A stretch of DNA of 64,000 bases from an uncultured Gammaproteobacteria bacterium (GCA_964648865.1 CAZYLV010000001.1:18476-82475); one strand, 5' to 3'; positions 51,227 through 60,511 are shown, numbered from the stretch's first letter. Notes: a model not told the origin generated them from the sequence alone. A program made the numbers and translations.

Positions 51227-52681
51227 ATGCGGGCGCTCCGATTGTGCGCGGTCCCCGTGCTCGTCGGGGCGCTGTTGTCTCTGCTTGGCGTATCGTCCGC
51301 CGCGGCAGCGCCCGGCGCCATCGGACAGGAATGCCTCTCCGGAGACCGTTGCGATGCCGGACTCACGTGCGTGGACCTGGACGCAGGGGCCGCCGTCGCC
51401 AAGCGTTGCACCAGGACCTGCACGGACACCGGGATCGGTTCGCGCGACTGCCCGGAGCCGACCTCCTGCGTGGACGTCCCCGGTACCGGGCGCTACTGCG
51501 TGGACCTGACGGGCGCGACGTGGGAGGGGAGCTTCTTGACCGACACCGACTCCCCGGGAGGACCTCCCACGGAACCCGCATCCAACAGCAATGTCCCCTT
51601 CACGCCCGTGGCGCCGACGCTCGCGCTGCCCATCCCCACCTTCGGAGGTTTCTCCACCCTGCAGGTGCAGGACGTCGGCGGATCCCGGTTCATCGACATC
51701 CCCTTCGTCGCGGAGTACGTCGTCGCCCTCTACCGATACGCCATCGGGATCCTCGTCACCCTCGGCACCGTCATGGTCGTGGTGGCCGGATTCCAGTACC
51801 TCACGGCGCGCGGCAACGCGTCCGTCATCCAGGCGGCGCGCGGGCGGATCCTCAACGCGCTGATCGGCATCGGCATCGCGCTCGGGAGCTACCTCATCCT
51901 CGCCGCCATCAACCCGGAGCTGGTCAACTTCCGCAACATCCGGGTGAACCTCATCCAGACGGTGGACGTCGAGAGCGTGCTGCGGACGACGAGCGAAGCC
52001 ACCGGTTCCGACAGCCCGACGAATCCCGAATGCGATCCGTCCTCCGGCGGCTACGCGCCCGGCGCGAGCGGATCGTCGGCGGGCGGCGGCAGCTGCCCGG
52101 TCTCGCTCGAGGCCCCGTTCGTCGACGGCGGCGGGCGACGTCCGGAGCGTACCGAGGAATTCTTCCGCGAGTACGGCAGCGCCTCGGTCTCCGGCGGCAC
52201 CCCCCGCGAGCGGGTCATCCGCGCCGCACAGGCGGCGGCCTCCTGCGAACTGGTCATGGGCTCCTGCGGCAACACGGTGGAATCGATCTACGAACTGGCG
52301 GGCGTCCGGCTGCGTACGACGCATGAGATCGGCTCCGAGAACGTCCGCTACCTCCTCAGCATCAACACCTGCGAACGGGGCGACCGCACATGCAAGCAGG
52401 CGGCGCGCTGCTCGGCGTACGACCGTTTCGAAGGGGACATCGACGGATGGCCGGATGCCTGGGCGCGCGAACTGCAGCCCGGGGATGCCTTCTGGATCTA
52501 CAACGCGAACGCGGCACCGGCCGGCCAACACGCCGCCGTCTTCATGGGTTGGGCGGGCGGCGGCCGCGCCAATGTCGTGCAAGGCGGCAACAGCGGTGAG
52601 ACCTGGCGCGTCCGCGGCGGGACCATCTGCATCACGAGCGCCTGCGGCGGCGTGCTCACGAGGACACAGCGGCCGGAGTGA
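51227..52681 (+). CDS. Signal peptide + Cys-rich domain + T4SS/VirB2-like pilin hairpin + NlpC/P60-like C-terminal domain
   Basis: Pilin motif AGFQYLTARGN..A..RI.NALIG..SYLIL..INP; SCGNTVESIY..AG, LQPGD, HAAVFMG. Confidence 0.8.
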   Translation: MRALRLCAVPVLVGALLSLLGVSSAAAAPGAIGQECLSGDRCDAGLTCVDLDAGAAVAKRCTRTCTDTGIGSRDCPEPTSCVDVPGTGRYCVDLTGATWEGSFLTDTDSPGGPPTEPASNSNVPFTPVAPTLALPIPTFGGFSTLQVQDVGGSRFIDIPFVAEYVVALYRYAIGILVTLGTVMVVVAGFQYLTARGNASVIQAARGRILNALIGIGIALGSYLILAAINPELVNFRNIRVNLIQTVDVESVLRTTSEATGSDSPTNPECDPSSGGYAPGASGSSAGGGSCPVSLEAPFVDGGGRRPERTEEFFREYGSASVSGGTPRERVIRAAQAAASCELVMGSCGNTVESIYELAGVRLRTTHEIGSENVRYLLSINTCERGDRTCKQAARCSAYDRFEGDIDGWPDAWARELQPGDAFWIYNANAAPAGQHAAVFMGWAGGGRANVVQGGNSGETWRVRGGTICITSACGGVLTRTQRPE

Positions 52682-53773
52682 CGGCGGGCCCGCGGCGGTC
52701 CGCTTTTTTGGTACAATCGTGGGGATATGACCCGGATGCATCGAGCGCTTACGGTCGCCGCCCTCGCCTGCCTGCTCCTGCCTCCATCTCCGGTCGCCGC
52801 GGAGGGGCGGCGCATCGCCTGCTTGGGCGATTCCATCACCAACCAGTACGGACCGGTCTTCGAGACCGCCGACGGCGAACGGTGCACGGTCGTGGCGCGT
52901 GACGGCGCCTCCACGGGCGCCATCCTTGACCTGTTCCGCGAACGGGTGCTCGGCGGCGGGTTCACCGACCTCATCGTCCGCGCGGGACGCAACGACATCT
53001 ACTCCGGCCGCGGAGTCGGCAACGCCAGGACGAACCTCGGCACGATCTACGAGGAGGCGCGGCGGGCGGGCATGCGCGTCGTCGCCGTGAGCATGCTTCC
53101 CCACAAGGGCTATGCCAGCTGGAACGATTCCGTCCAACGGCAGACGGACGAGCTGAACGCGTGGCTCGCATCGGCCCCGGTGGACCGGTTCGTGGACGCG
53201 GACGCGCACCTGGCCGCATCGGACGATCCGGACCGCCTGAACCTCGCCTACGACCGCGGCGACCACCTGCACCTCTCCAACGACGGGAAATGCGCCTTGG
53301 CGAGCTTCATCGCCGAGCGCGCCTTCGGGGGCTCCGGCGGCTGCTCGCCGAGCGGCCGGAGCTCCCCCGCCAGCACCGGCGACGGAGGCGTCTCCCTCGA
53401 GGAGACCGACACGCCCTTCGAGCAGATCGTGCCGACGCTCCAGCTGCCCATCCCGACCTTCCCGGGCTTCTCCGACATCCAGGTGCTCCAGGACGGCGAG
53501 AACCGCAGCATCGACATCCCTTTCCTGGCCGAGTACGTCGTCGCCCTGTACCGCTACGCCATCGGCATCATGGTGACGATCGCCATGGTCATGGTCGTGG
53601 TGGGCGGCTTCCAGTGGACGACGGCGCGCGGCAACGCCTCCGCCATCCAAGAGGCCAGGGACCGCATCACCAACGCCGTCATGGGCATCGTGCTGGCGCT
53701 CGGCAGCTACGCCATCCTGGCCGCCATCAACCCCGAGCTCGTCAATTTCCGCAACATCCGCATCGACCTCATC
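51596..53773 (+). repeat. Duplicated 360-bp pilin module (51596-51955 and 53414-53773)
   Basis: Ungapped 120-aa alignment with long identical blocks (AEYVVALYRYAIG, TARGNAS, ILAAINPELVNFRNIR). Confidence 0.9.
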
Positions 53774-54511
53774 CGGCGGCGCGAGGTCATCTACCGGGAG
53801 AACGGCGGCATCGAGGAGGGTTGCCGCGGCGGCAGCTGCGGGACCCGGCGGCCGATCGCCAATACGGACTTCGACGAGCTCTTCCAGCGCTACGCCGGCT
53901 GCGCCGGGGTGGACTGGCGCATGCTCAAGGCCGTGTCCTACATCGAATCCGGACTGAACCCGGAAATCGTCAACCGCTACGGCTTCGTGGGCCTTTTCCA
54001 GATCGCGCCGCGCTTCTGCCACCTCTCGCGCCAGACCTGCACGGAAGAGGCGCTGCTCGACCCGGAGATCAACACCTACGTCGCCGCCACCCAGCACCTG
54101 CGCAACGGCGCGCGTATCGTCCGCGACACCTGCCCGAGCATCACGGACGCCCACACCTTCGCCACCCTCATGTACTACGCGCACAACAGCGGCGCCGGGG
54201 CGCTGCGCGCGGTGCTCAACCCGCGGCCGAGCCGCTACCTGCCTGAGGGTGGCGCCGGCTGCACCAACGACCTGGAGGTGCTGACCCGGACCGCCGCGAC
54301 CTTCCAGCGCAATTTCCGCCCCGACATCCCCAACGCCGAGGGCCGCATGACGACCGCCCGCCGGGTCGGCGACCGGGCGCGCGAGCTCGGCGTCACGGAT
54401 CCGCTCGCCGACGGCTCCTGCCCGTCCGAGCCCGCCCCCGGCAGCCGGTCGTCCTCGAGTGACGCTCCGGAACCCGGCGTCGGCGGCGGTCCAGGCACCT
54501 CCGAACTCTGA
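52727..54511 (+). CDS. Signal peptide + SGNH esterase + pilin hairpin + SLT lytic transglycosylase
   Basis: LGDSIT, DGAST, AGRND, DHLH; pilin module; AVSYIES, VGLFQI, LLDPEIN, AHNSG. Confidence 0.85.
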   Translation: MTRMHRALTVAALACLLLPPSPVAAEGRRIACLGDSITNQYGPVFETADGERCTVVARDGASTGAILDLFRERVLGGGFTDLIVRAGRNDIYSGRGVGNARTNLGTIYEEARRAGMRVVAVSMLPHKGYASWNDSVQRQTDELNAWLASAPVDRFVDADAHLAASDDPDRLNLAYDRGDHLHLSNDGKCALASFIAERAFGGSGGCSPSGRSSPASTGDGGVSLEETDTPFEQIVPTLQLPIPTFPGFSDIQVLQDGENRSIDIPFLAEYVVALYRYAIGIMVTIAMVMVVVGGFQWTTARGNASAIQEARDRITNAVMGIVLALGSYAILAAINPELVNFRNIRIDLIRRREVIYRENGGIEEGCRGGSCGTRRPIANTDFDELFQRYAGCAGVDWRMLKAVSYIESGLNPEIVNRYGFVGLFQIAPRFCHLSRQTCTEEALLDPEINTYVAATQHLRNGARIVRDTCPSITDAHTFATLMYYAHNSGAGALRAVLNPRPSRYLPEGGAGCTNDLEVLTRTAATFQRNFRPDIPNAEGRMTTARRVGDRARELGVTDPLADGSCPSEPAPGSRSSSSDAPEPGVGGGPGTSEL

Positions 54512-54550
54512 CGCCTTGCGCCGCCGCTGTAGGGCTGCTGAAATGGCAGC

Positions 54551-55879
54551 ATGCCCAAAAGCGCTCCCCTCTTCCGCTGCGGCAACTGTGATGCCCAGTT
54601 CCCCAAATGGAGCGGGCGTTGTTTCGGCTGCGGCCGCTGGGGGACGGTCGAGGAGAGCGCGCCGGCCCCGCCTGAGGCCGCCGGCCGACCGACCGCCGCG
54701 GCGGCGAAGAGCCTGCCCGCCGCACAGGTCGCCGGCCGCGCCCCGGAGCGCGTGCCCACCGGCAGCGCGGAGCTCGATCGGGTGCTCGGCGGGGGGCTCG
54801 TGCCCGGCTCGCTCGTGCTCGTCGCCGGGGAGCCCGGGGTCGGCAAGTCCACGCTGCTGCTCTCGCTCGCCGAGCGCCTCGGCCGACCCGTGCTCTACGT
54901 CTGCGGCGAGGAATCGCCGGAGCAGATCGCCCTGCGCATGCGGCGCATGGGCTGTGCGGGCGAGCGGCTCTCCTTCCTCACCGAGACCGACGCCGCCGTC
55001 GTCGCCGCGACGGCCCGCGCAGAACGCCCGGCGCTCGTCATCGTCGACTCCGTGCAGACCCTGCGCGCCGCGGAGGGCGGCGGCGAGCCCGGCGGCATCG
55101 GGGAGCTGCGCGCCGCCATCGCCCGGCTCGCCGAGGTCGCCAAGAAGGACGGCATCACGACGCTGCTCATCGGGCAGGTCACCAAGGACGGGAGCGTGGC
55201 CGGCCCCAAGACGCTCGAACATCTCGTCGACGTGGTGCTGACCGTGGAGGGCGACGGCGTGCGCCCGCTGCGCATGATGCGGGCGGCAAAGAACCGCTTC
55301 GGCTCGAACCGCGAGGTGGGGCTCTTCGAGATGGCCGACCGCGGACTCGTCGACGCCGCGGACGTCCACGCCGCCGCCCTCGACGCCCGCGCCGCGCCCG
55401 TGCCCGGGACGGCCATGGCCGTGGTCCGTGAAGGCAACCGCACCTTGCTCCTCGAGGTGCAGGCGCTGACCAACAAGACGGCCTTCGGCTATCCGGTGCG
55501 TCGCGCCTCCGGCTTCGACACCAACCGGCTGAACGTGCTGCTCGCGGTGCTCGAGCGCCGCGGCGGACTGTCGCTCGCGCAGCACGACGTCTACGTCAAC
55601 GTCGCCGGCGGACTGAGCCTCGAGGAGCCGGCGGCCGACCTGCCGGTGGCCATGGCCATCGCCTCCTCCGCCCTCGGCACGGCCTTGCCTGCGCGCACCG
55701 GGCTCTACGGCGAGATCGGCTTGACCGGGGAGATCCGGGCGGCCCCGGACGCCAAGGAGCGCGCCGCCGACGCCGCACGCCTGGGGCTCACGGAGACCCT
55801 CGGCCCTGCGACCCTCGGCGACGTCCGCGCCGCCATCGCCTGGCTCAAAAAGAAAAACGCGCCGCAGGGCGGCGCATGA
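54551..55879 (+). CDS. radA: DNA repair protein RadA/Sms
   Basis: CGNC..CFGC, GEPGVGKST, KNRFG, LLEVQAL. Confidence 0.96.
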   Translation: MPKSAPLFRCGNCDAQFPKWSGRCFGCGRWGTVEESAPAPPEAAGRPTAAAAKSLPAAQVAGRAPERVPTGSAELDRVLGGGLVPGSLVLVAGEPGVGKSTLLLSLAERLGRPVLYVCGEESPEQIALRMRRMGCAGERLSFLTETDAAVVAATARAERPALVIVDSVQTLRAAEGGGEPGGIGELRAAIARLAEVAKKDGITTLLIGQVTKDGSVAGPKTLEHLVDVVLTVEGDGVRPLRMMRAAKNRFGSNREVGLFEMADRGLVDAADVHAAALDARAAPVPGTAMAVVREGNRTLLLEVQALTNKTAFGYPVRRASGFDTNRLNVLLAVLERRGGLSLAQHDVYVNVAGGLSLEEPAADLPVAMAIASSALGTALPARTGLYGEIGLTGEIRAAPDAKERAADAARLGLTETLGPATLGDVRAAIAWLKKKNAPQGGA

Positions 55880-55898
55880 CGCGGAACGGTCGGGCTGC

Positions 55899-56360
55899 TC
55901 AGGCCGAGACGAGCGCGAGCTTCGGGCCCTCGACGGGCACGGCGGGCCGGACTTCCAGGTTGAAACGCCGCAGCACCGCGACGACGGTCTCGATCCACGA
56001 CCAGAAGGTCGTGTCGCTCACCTCGAGCGCCCTGCAGACCGTCCTGCTCGGCAAGGCCATCAGCTCCTGGAACATGTCCTGCACGGCCTCGGTGAAGACC
56101 GCCGGGCGCCTGCGCGTGTCTCGGGAGAGGCGCTCTCGGAGGGCGTCCCAGGGCCGGCGGTCGTAGTCCCGCATGGCCCGGACGATCGGCAGCAGCTGCC
56201 GGCGGGCGATACGGAACTCGCGGAAGGCGCAATCCCGATGCGCCACCCAGACGAAGCCGCGCGTCGGGACGTAGACGCCCGTCATCACCTCGTCCGGGTT
56301 GCCCCGATCCACCAAGCCGCATCCGGCGCACGCCACCGGGTGCAGATCGATCAGTCGCAC
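55899..56360 (-). CDS. Orphan with Zn-binding motif and C-terminal HTH
   Basis: GTG with SD GGGAGG; TTGACG(56428)-17-TACCTT; CAGC..HRDC; RTVCRALEVSDTTFWSW. Confidence 0.65.
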   Translation of the reverse strand: MRLIDLHPVACAGCGLVDRGNPDEVMTGVYVPTRGFVWVAHRDCAFREFRIARRQLLPIVRAMRDYDRRPWDALRERLSRDTRRRPAVFTEAVQDMFQELMALPSRTVCRALEVSDTTFWSWIETVVAVLRRFNLEVRPAVPVEGPKLALVSA

Positions 56361-56430
56361 GTGTCCTCCCTTCTCGCGGCGGACCGCGAAGATGCGCGCA
56401 AGGTAGCGGAAAACGGCCGCCGCGTCAAGC

Positions 56431-58518
56431 TCACTCGGGGTGCACGACGTCCTCGAAGCGGGCCAGCCGTCCGCGGAGGGCCGGATGCGCGTCCAGCGAG
56501 GCGTCGATGTCGAGCAGCTCCCGGCAGCTCTCCTGGAGCGCGGCGATCCGCCGGGCGTCGAGCAGCGCCGGCGACCAGACCCCCTGCATGCCGGATTGCG
56601 CCGTCCCCCAGAGCTCGCCGGGGCCGCGCAACGCCAGATCCGTCTCGGCCAGGGCGAAACCGTCGGACGAATCCACGAGGGCCTGCAGGCGGGCCGCTGC
56701 GGCAGGCGTCTCGTTGTCCGTGAGCAACAGGCAGGTCCCCGGCGCGCTGCCGCGGCCGACCCGCCCACGCAGCTGATGGAGCTGGGCCAACCCGAAGCGG
56801 TCGGCCGAACGCACCACGATGAGCGCGGCCCGCGGCAGGTCGATGCCTACCTCGATGACCGTCGTGGCCACGAGCACGTCCCCCTCCCCCGCCGCCATGG
56901 CCCGCATGACGGTGCGCTTCTCGACGCTCTTCATCTTGCCGTGCAGCAGCAGGACGCGCGCCTCGGGCAAGGCCCCGACAAGCCGCCGGTGCTCGTCGAT
57001 CGCGGCCTCGGCGGCGGCGTCGGCGCGCCCGGCGATGGACGGGCAGACCACGAAGGCCTGGTGCCCCTGCGCGACGCAGGCGGCGAGCGCCGCGTCCGCG
57101 GCCGCGGTCTCGCCCAGGAGCAGCCGCGTGGCCACCGGCCCGCGCCCGGCCGGACGGGCCGCAAGCACCGAGACGTCCAGGTCGCCAAACAGCGAGAGGG
57201 TCAGGGTGCGCGGGATGGGCGTGGCGGTGAGCGAGAGCAGGTGCGGCAACGCCCCGTCGGCCCGCTTCTTGCGGAGCGCCTGCCGCTGACGGACGCCGAA
57301 GCGATGCTGCTCGTCGACCACGGCCAGGCGCAGGTCGGCGAAGGCCACGTCGCCCTCGATGAGCGCATGCGTGCCGACGACGAGCGATGCCGTGCCGGAT
57401 CGCACCGCGTCGCGGACCGCCTCCTGCCGCACGCGCGCCGAACCCGGCAGCGGCAGATCCTCGCCGCGGCGCATCAGGCGCTGGGAGCCGGCGGCGAGCA
57501 GGGCGAGGACGACGTCCGTACCCGCGAACATCGAGGCCAAGGTGCGCAGGTGCTGCTCGGCCAGGACCTCGGTGGGCACGAGCACCGCAGCCTGGGCCCC
57601 GGCCGCAGCCACGGCCCGCGCCGCGATGGCCGCGACGGCCGTCTTGCCGGAACCGACGTCGCCGTTCACCAGCCGGTTCATGGGCCGCGGCCTGCCGAGG
57701 TCCTGGATGGCCTCCCAAGCGGCGCGGCGCTGCCCGTCGGTCAACGGGAACGGCAGGCCGGCCACGAAGGCCTTGATGTCCGCCTCCGGGAACGGGACCG
57801 GCGGGGCGCTCGCCGAGGTGAGGTCGCGCCGGGCGCGCTCCGAGACGAGCACGCGCAGGAACATGTCCTCCACGGCGAAGCGCTCCAGCGCGGCGTCGAG
57901 CGTCCGCTGGTCCGACGGGAAGTGGACGGCCCGGGTCGCCGAGGCGATGTCCGGCAGGGAGAAGCGGCTCCGCACGGCGTCGGGCAGCCACTCCGTGAGC
58001 GCGGCGGCCGCGGGCAGCGCAGCCTTGGCGGCCAGGCGCAGATGCTTGACGGAGAGCGTCCCGGCGGTCGGATACACGGGGACGATGCGGCCGGTGTGCG
58101 TCTGCTCGGCGCGGACAGCCTCGATGGTCGGCGAGAGGAACTGCAGCCCGTAGGCGGTGCGGCGCGCCTTCCCGGCAAGGAAGACGTCGCTGCCCGGCTT
58201 GTGGGTCTTCACCAAAAAATGCTGACCGAACCACAGGACCTTGGCCTTGCCGCTCCCGTCGGCGACGACGGCCTCGGTCATCAACCGGCGCGGCCCGCCG
58301 AAGCTGCGGCGGTTGCGGATCTGTTCGAGCCGGACACGGACGGTGGCTTCCTCGCCCGGGACGACGGCGGACAGCGGCAGCGTCCGCGAGTAATCCTCGT
58401 ACCGGAACGGGTGGTGAGCCAGCACGTCGGCGAGCGTGACGAGACCCAGGCGCTCCAGGGACCTGGCATGGCGGCGCAGCAGCGGCATCGCGGAAAGGAG
58501 GGGGGTCTCAAGCGGCAT
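56431..58518 (-). CDS. recG: ATP-dependent DNA helicase RecG
   Basis: GDVGSGKT, DEQHRFG, TATPIPRT, LHQLRGRVGR, RGPGE. Confidence 0.96.
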   Translation of the reverse strand: MPLETPLLSAMPLLRRHARSLERLGLVTLADVLAHHPFRYEDYSRTLPLSAVVPGEEATVRVRLEQIRNRRSFGGPRRLMTEAVVADGSGKAKVLWFGQHFLVKTHKPGSDVFLAGKARRTAYGLQFLSPTIEAVRAEQTHTGRIVPVYPTAGTLSVKHLRLAAKAALPAAAALTEWLPDAVRSRFSLPDIASATRAVHFPSDQRTLDAALERFAVEDMFLRVLVSERARRDLTSASAPPVPFPEADIKAFVAGLPFPLTDGQRRAAWEAIQDLGRPRPMNRLVNGDVGSGKTAVAAIAARAVAAAGAQAAVLVPTEVLAEQHLRTLASMFAGTDVVLALLAAGSQRLMRRGEDLPLPGSARVRQEAVRDAVRSGTASLVVGTHALIEGDVAFADLRLAVVDEQHRFGVRQRQALRKKRADGALPHLLSLTATPIPRTLTLSLFGDLDVSVLAARPAGRGPVATRLLLGETAAADAALAACVAQGHQAFVVCPSIAGRADAAAEAAIDEHRRLVGALPEARVLLLHGKMKSVEKRTVMRAMAAGEGDVLVATTVIEVGIDLPRAALIVVRSADRFGLAQLHQLRGRVGRGSAPGTCLLLTDNETPAAAARLQALVDSSDGFALAETDLALRGPGELWGTAQSGMQGVWSPALLDARRIAALQESCRELLDIDASLDAHPALRGRLARFEDVVHPE

Positions 58519-58596
58519 GGCGCGATTGTAGCCGTCTCCGCCGCTCCTTGACAAAAGGCGGTTTTTGCGGTACAGCTGCGCAGGAGGAGGACGTTC

Positions 58597-59568
58597 ATGA
58601 GAATCTGCACCCTGTTCCTGCTGGCGTCGGCGCTCATGCCGACGCAGGCCGTCGCCCAGGAGTCCGTGCTCGTCATGGACATCGCCGTGGACGACACCCA
58701 GTTCCAGGCCGCCGGCGAGCTGGTCACAGACCAGCTGCGTGAGGGCATCGCCGCGGTGCGGGGCTGGGATCTCAGCCCGACGCGGACGACGCTCGACGCC
58801 GAGCGACGGAGGCACGGCTGCCGTGACGGGTTCACGGACCACGACTGCCTCGCCGCCATCGCGGCGGACGCAGGCGTCGGCCACCTCGTCTTCGGACGGC
58901 TGCGCGCCCGTGTGGGCAGCCCCGGCGAGTTCACGATCGAGCTGCAGCACTACGAGGTGGCAGCCGGCCGCTTCGTCGGCAGCACCTTCCGGTCGCTGCG
59001 CGTCGAGGGGATCGACACGGCGGACGCCGAGCTCCTGGCCCGCATCCAGACCATCCTCGGCGAGGACGACCTGCGGATCATGCCGCGCGCGCCGGTCTCG
59101 ACCGCGTCGACGCGACCCCGTCCGACCGGCCCGCCGAACCGCGACCTGACGGTCGGCTTCGGCATCGCGTCGCTCGCGGTCGGCGCGCTCTTCCTCGGAG
59201 GGGCGACCGTCTCCTGGGTGGCGATGGCCGACCTCGGACGCGACAGCGACTTCCAGGCCTATCGCCAGCGCGTACCCATGGGCAGCGCCACGGACGTCTG
59301 CGCCGAGGCCCGTGCCGACCGCGGCTGGGAGCGCGGGCAGGTGTCCGCGGACGTGGCTGCCGCCCAGACGGCCCGGGTGCGCACCATCTGCTCGGACGCC
59401 GCTTCGCTGGAGGTCTGGGAGTGGGTCCTGCCGCTCGCGTCGGCCGCCTTCGTGGGACTCGGCATCGGCCTCCTGCTGTTCGACCCGGGTCCGGGCGAAC
59501 CCCAGGTCACGGTGACCCCCCGCGTCGGCCTCAGCCACGCCGGACTCTCGATCAGCGTCGCGTTCTAG
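58597..59568 (+). CDS. Exported/membrane protein resembling Myxococcota surface proteins
   Basis: Signal peptide; GC...DCLAAIA..AGV.HLVFG; two hydrophobic helices; terminal VTPRVG..AGLSISVAF strand; TTGACA promoter and SD AGGAGGAGG. Confidence 0.75.
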   Translation: MRICTLFLLASALMPTQAVAQESVLVMDIAVDDTQFQAAGELVTDQLREGIAAVRGWDLSPTRTTLDAERRRHGCRDGFTDHDCLAAIAADAGVGHLVFGRLRARVGSPGEFTIELQHYEVAAGRFVGSTFRSLRVEGIDTADAELLARIQTILGEDDLRIMPRAPVSTASTRPRPTGPPNRDLTVGFGIASLAVGALFLGGATVSWVAMADLGRDSDFQAYRQRVPMGSATDVCAEARADRGWERGQVSADVAAAQTARVRTICSDAASLEVWEWVLPLASAAFVGLGIGLLLFDPGPGEPQVTVTPRVGLSHAGLSISVAF

Positions 59569-59625
59569 GCCTCGGACACCCCGTCCAGGCCTCTTTTCTT
59601 TTCCCGGACGATGCCGCCCGCGGCG

Positions 59626-59654
59626 TTGACACGGCGGGTCCGGACGGCTACACT
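59626..59654 (+). promoter_or_regulatory. tRNA operon promoter
   Basis: TTGACA-17-TACACT. Confidence 0.8.
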
Positions 59655-59667
59655 GTCGGCGCGGTCT

Positions 59668-59761
59668 GGAGAGGTACCCAAGTGGTTGAAGGGGGGAGAT
59701 TGCTAATCTCCTAGGTCGGGGTTTTCCCGGCGCGAGGGTTCGAATCCCTCCCTCTCCGCCA
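59668..59761 (+). tRNA. tRNA-Ser(GCT)
   Basis: GGAGAGG/CCTCTCC acceptor stem, GGAGA-TTGCTAA-TCTCC anticodon arm, long variable arm, GTTCGAATC, CCA. Confidence 0.96.
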
Positions 59762-59771
59762 GAAGGTTCGC

Positions 59772-59861
59772 GGAGAGGTGCCCGAGTGGTTGAAGGGAAC
59801 GGTCTTGAAAACCGTAAGGCCCGCAAGGGTCTCGGGGGTTCGAATCCCTCCCTCTCCGCCA
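59772..59861 (+). tRNA. tRNA-Ser(TGA)
   Basis: ACGGT-CTTGAAA-ACCGT anticodon arm, long variable arm, T-loop, CCA. Confidence 0.96.
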
Positions 59862-59882
59862 ACGTGGTACACTACCCCTCGT

Positions 59883-60383
59883 ATGGCGGACGAACCCAAG
59901 CTCCGCGGCGAACACGGCCTGGTCCACCTGGCATGGATGGTCGATGAATACCCCGCCTACCGCCGCGGCTGGCGCTGGTACGCCATCGCCTTCCTGGTCG
60001 GCGCCGGCCTCGTCGTCTGGGCGCTGGTCACGCTGAACTTCCTGTTCGCGCTGATCGTCGTCATCTTCGCCATCGTGCTGGCGCTGTCCTCGGCGCGCAA
60101 GCCGGTCCGCCTGCGGTTCGCGGTCTGCGAGGACGGCCTGGAGATGGGGCACCGCTTCATCCCCTGGACCGACGTCTCGCGCTTCTGGATCGTCTACGAG
60201 CCGCCGACGGTCAAGTCGCTGTACGTCGACTTCAAGAGCGCGCTCGTGCCGGACCTGATGGTCCCGCTCGAGCAGATGAACCCAAACGCGGTCCGCAAGA
60301 CGCTGCTGGAGTACGTCGACGAGGATCCGTCCCGCGATGCCGAGCCGCTCTCGGACTTCCTGGCACGGGTACTCAAGTTTTGA
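59883..60383 (+). CDS. Conserved CPR-type two-TM protein (DUF5673/PH-like C-terminus)
   Basis: W...EY..Y.RG.RWY, two TMs, FWIVYEPP.VK.LY. Confidence 0.8.
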   Translation: MADEPKLRGEHGLVHLAWMVDEYPAYRRGWRWYAIAFLVGAGLVVWALVTLNFLFALIVVIFAIVLALSSARKPVRLRFAVCEDGLEMGHRFIPWTDVSRFWIVYEPPTVKSLYVDFKSALVPDLMVPLEQMNPNAVRKTLLEYVDEDPSRDAEPLSDFLARVLKF

Positions 60384-60390
60384 AGGAGAC

Positions 60391-60467
60391 GCAGCCATAG
60401 CTCAGCTGGATAGAGCGTCAGCTTGCGGAGCTGAAGGTCGCAGGTTCGACTCCTGCTGGCTGCACCA
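60391..60467 (+). tRNA. tRNA-Arg(GCG)
   Basis: GCAGCCA/TGGCTGC acceptor stem, TCAGC-TTGCGGA-GCTGA anticodon arm, GTTCGACTC, CCA. Confidence 0.93.
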
Positions 60468-60468
60468 T

Positions 60469-60500
60469 GAAAAGACGTCCACGTCCGTGGACGTCTTTTC
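60469..60500. terminator. Bidirectional terminator
   Basis: GAAAAGACGTCCACG-TC-CGTGGACGTCTTTTC. Confidence 0.85.
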
Positions 60501-60511
60501 TGTCTGCGGGA

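Noticed and set aside
50957-55585. Very long antisense or alternative-frame ORFs (also 32304-36362, 29318-33163, 36378-39956, 44972-48403, 19372-22467)
   Set aside because: Shadow ORFs over well-supported genes, expected at this GC level; no recognisable motifs.
59736-59861. Identical 3' ends of the two tRNA-Ser genes as an att-site duplication
   Set aside because: Both are complete tRNAs with different anticodons; no integrase or cargo between them.
59772-59861. tRNA with TGA as a UGA suppressor or sign of recoding
   Set aside because: Anticodon UGA reads the Ser codon UCA, and TGA is a normal stop in many core genes here.
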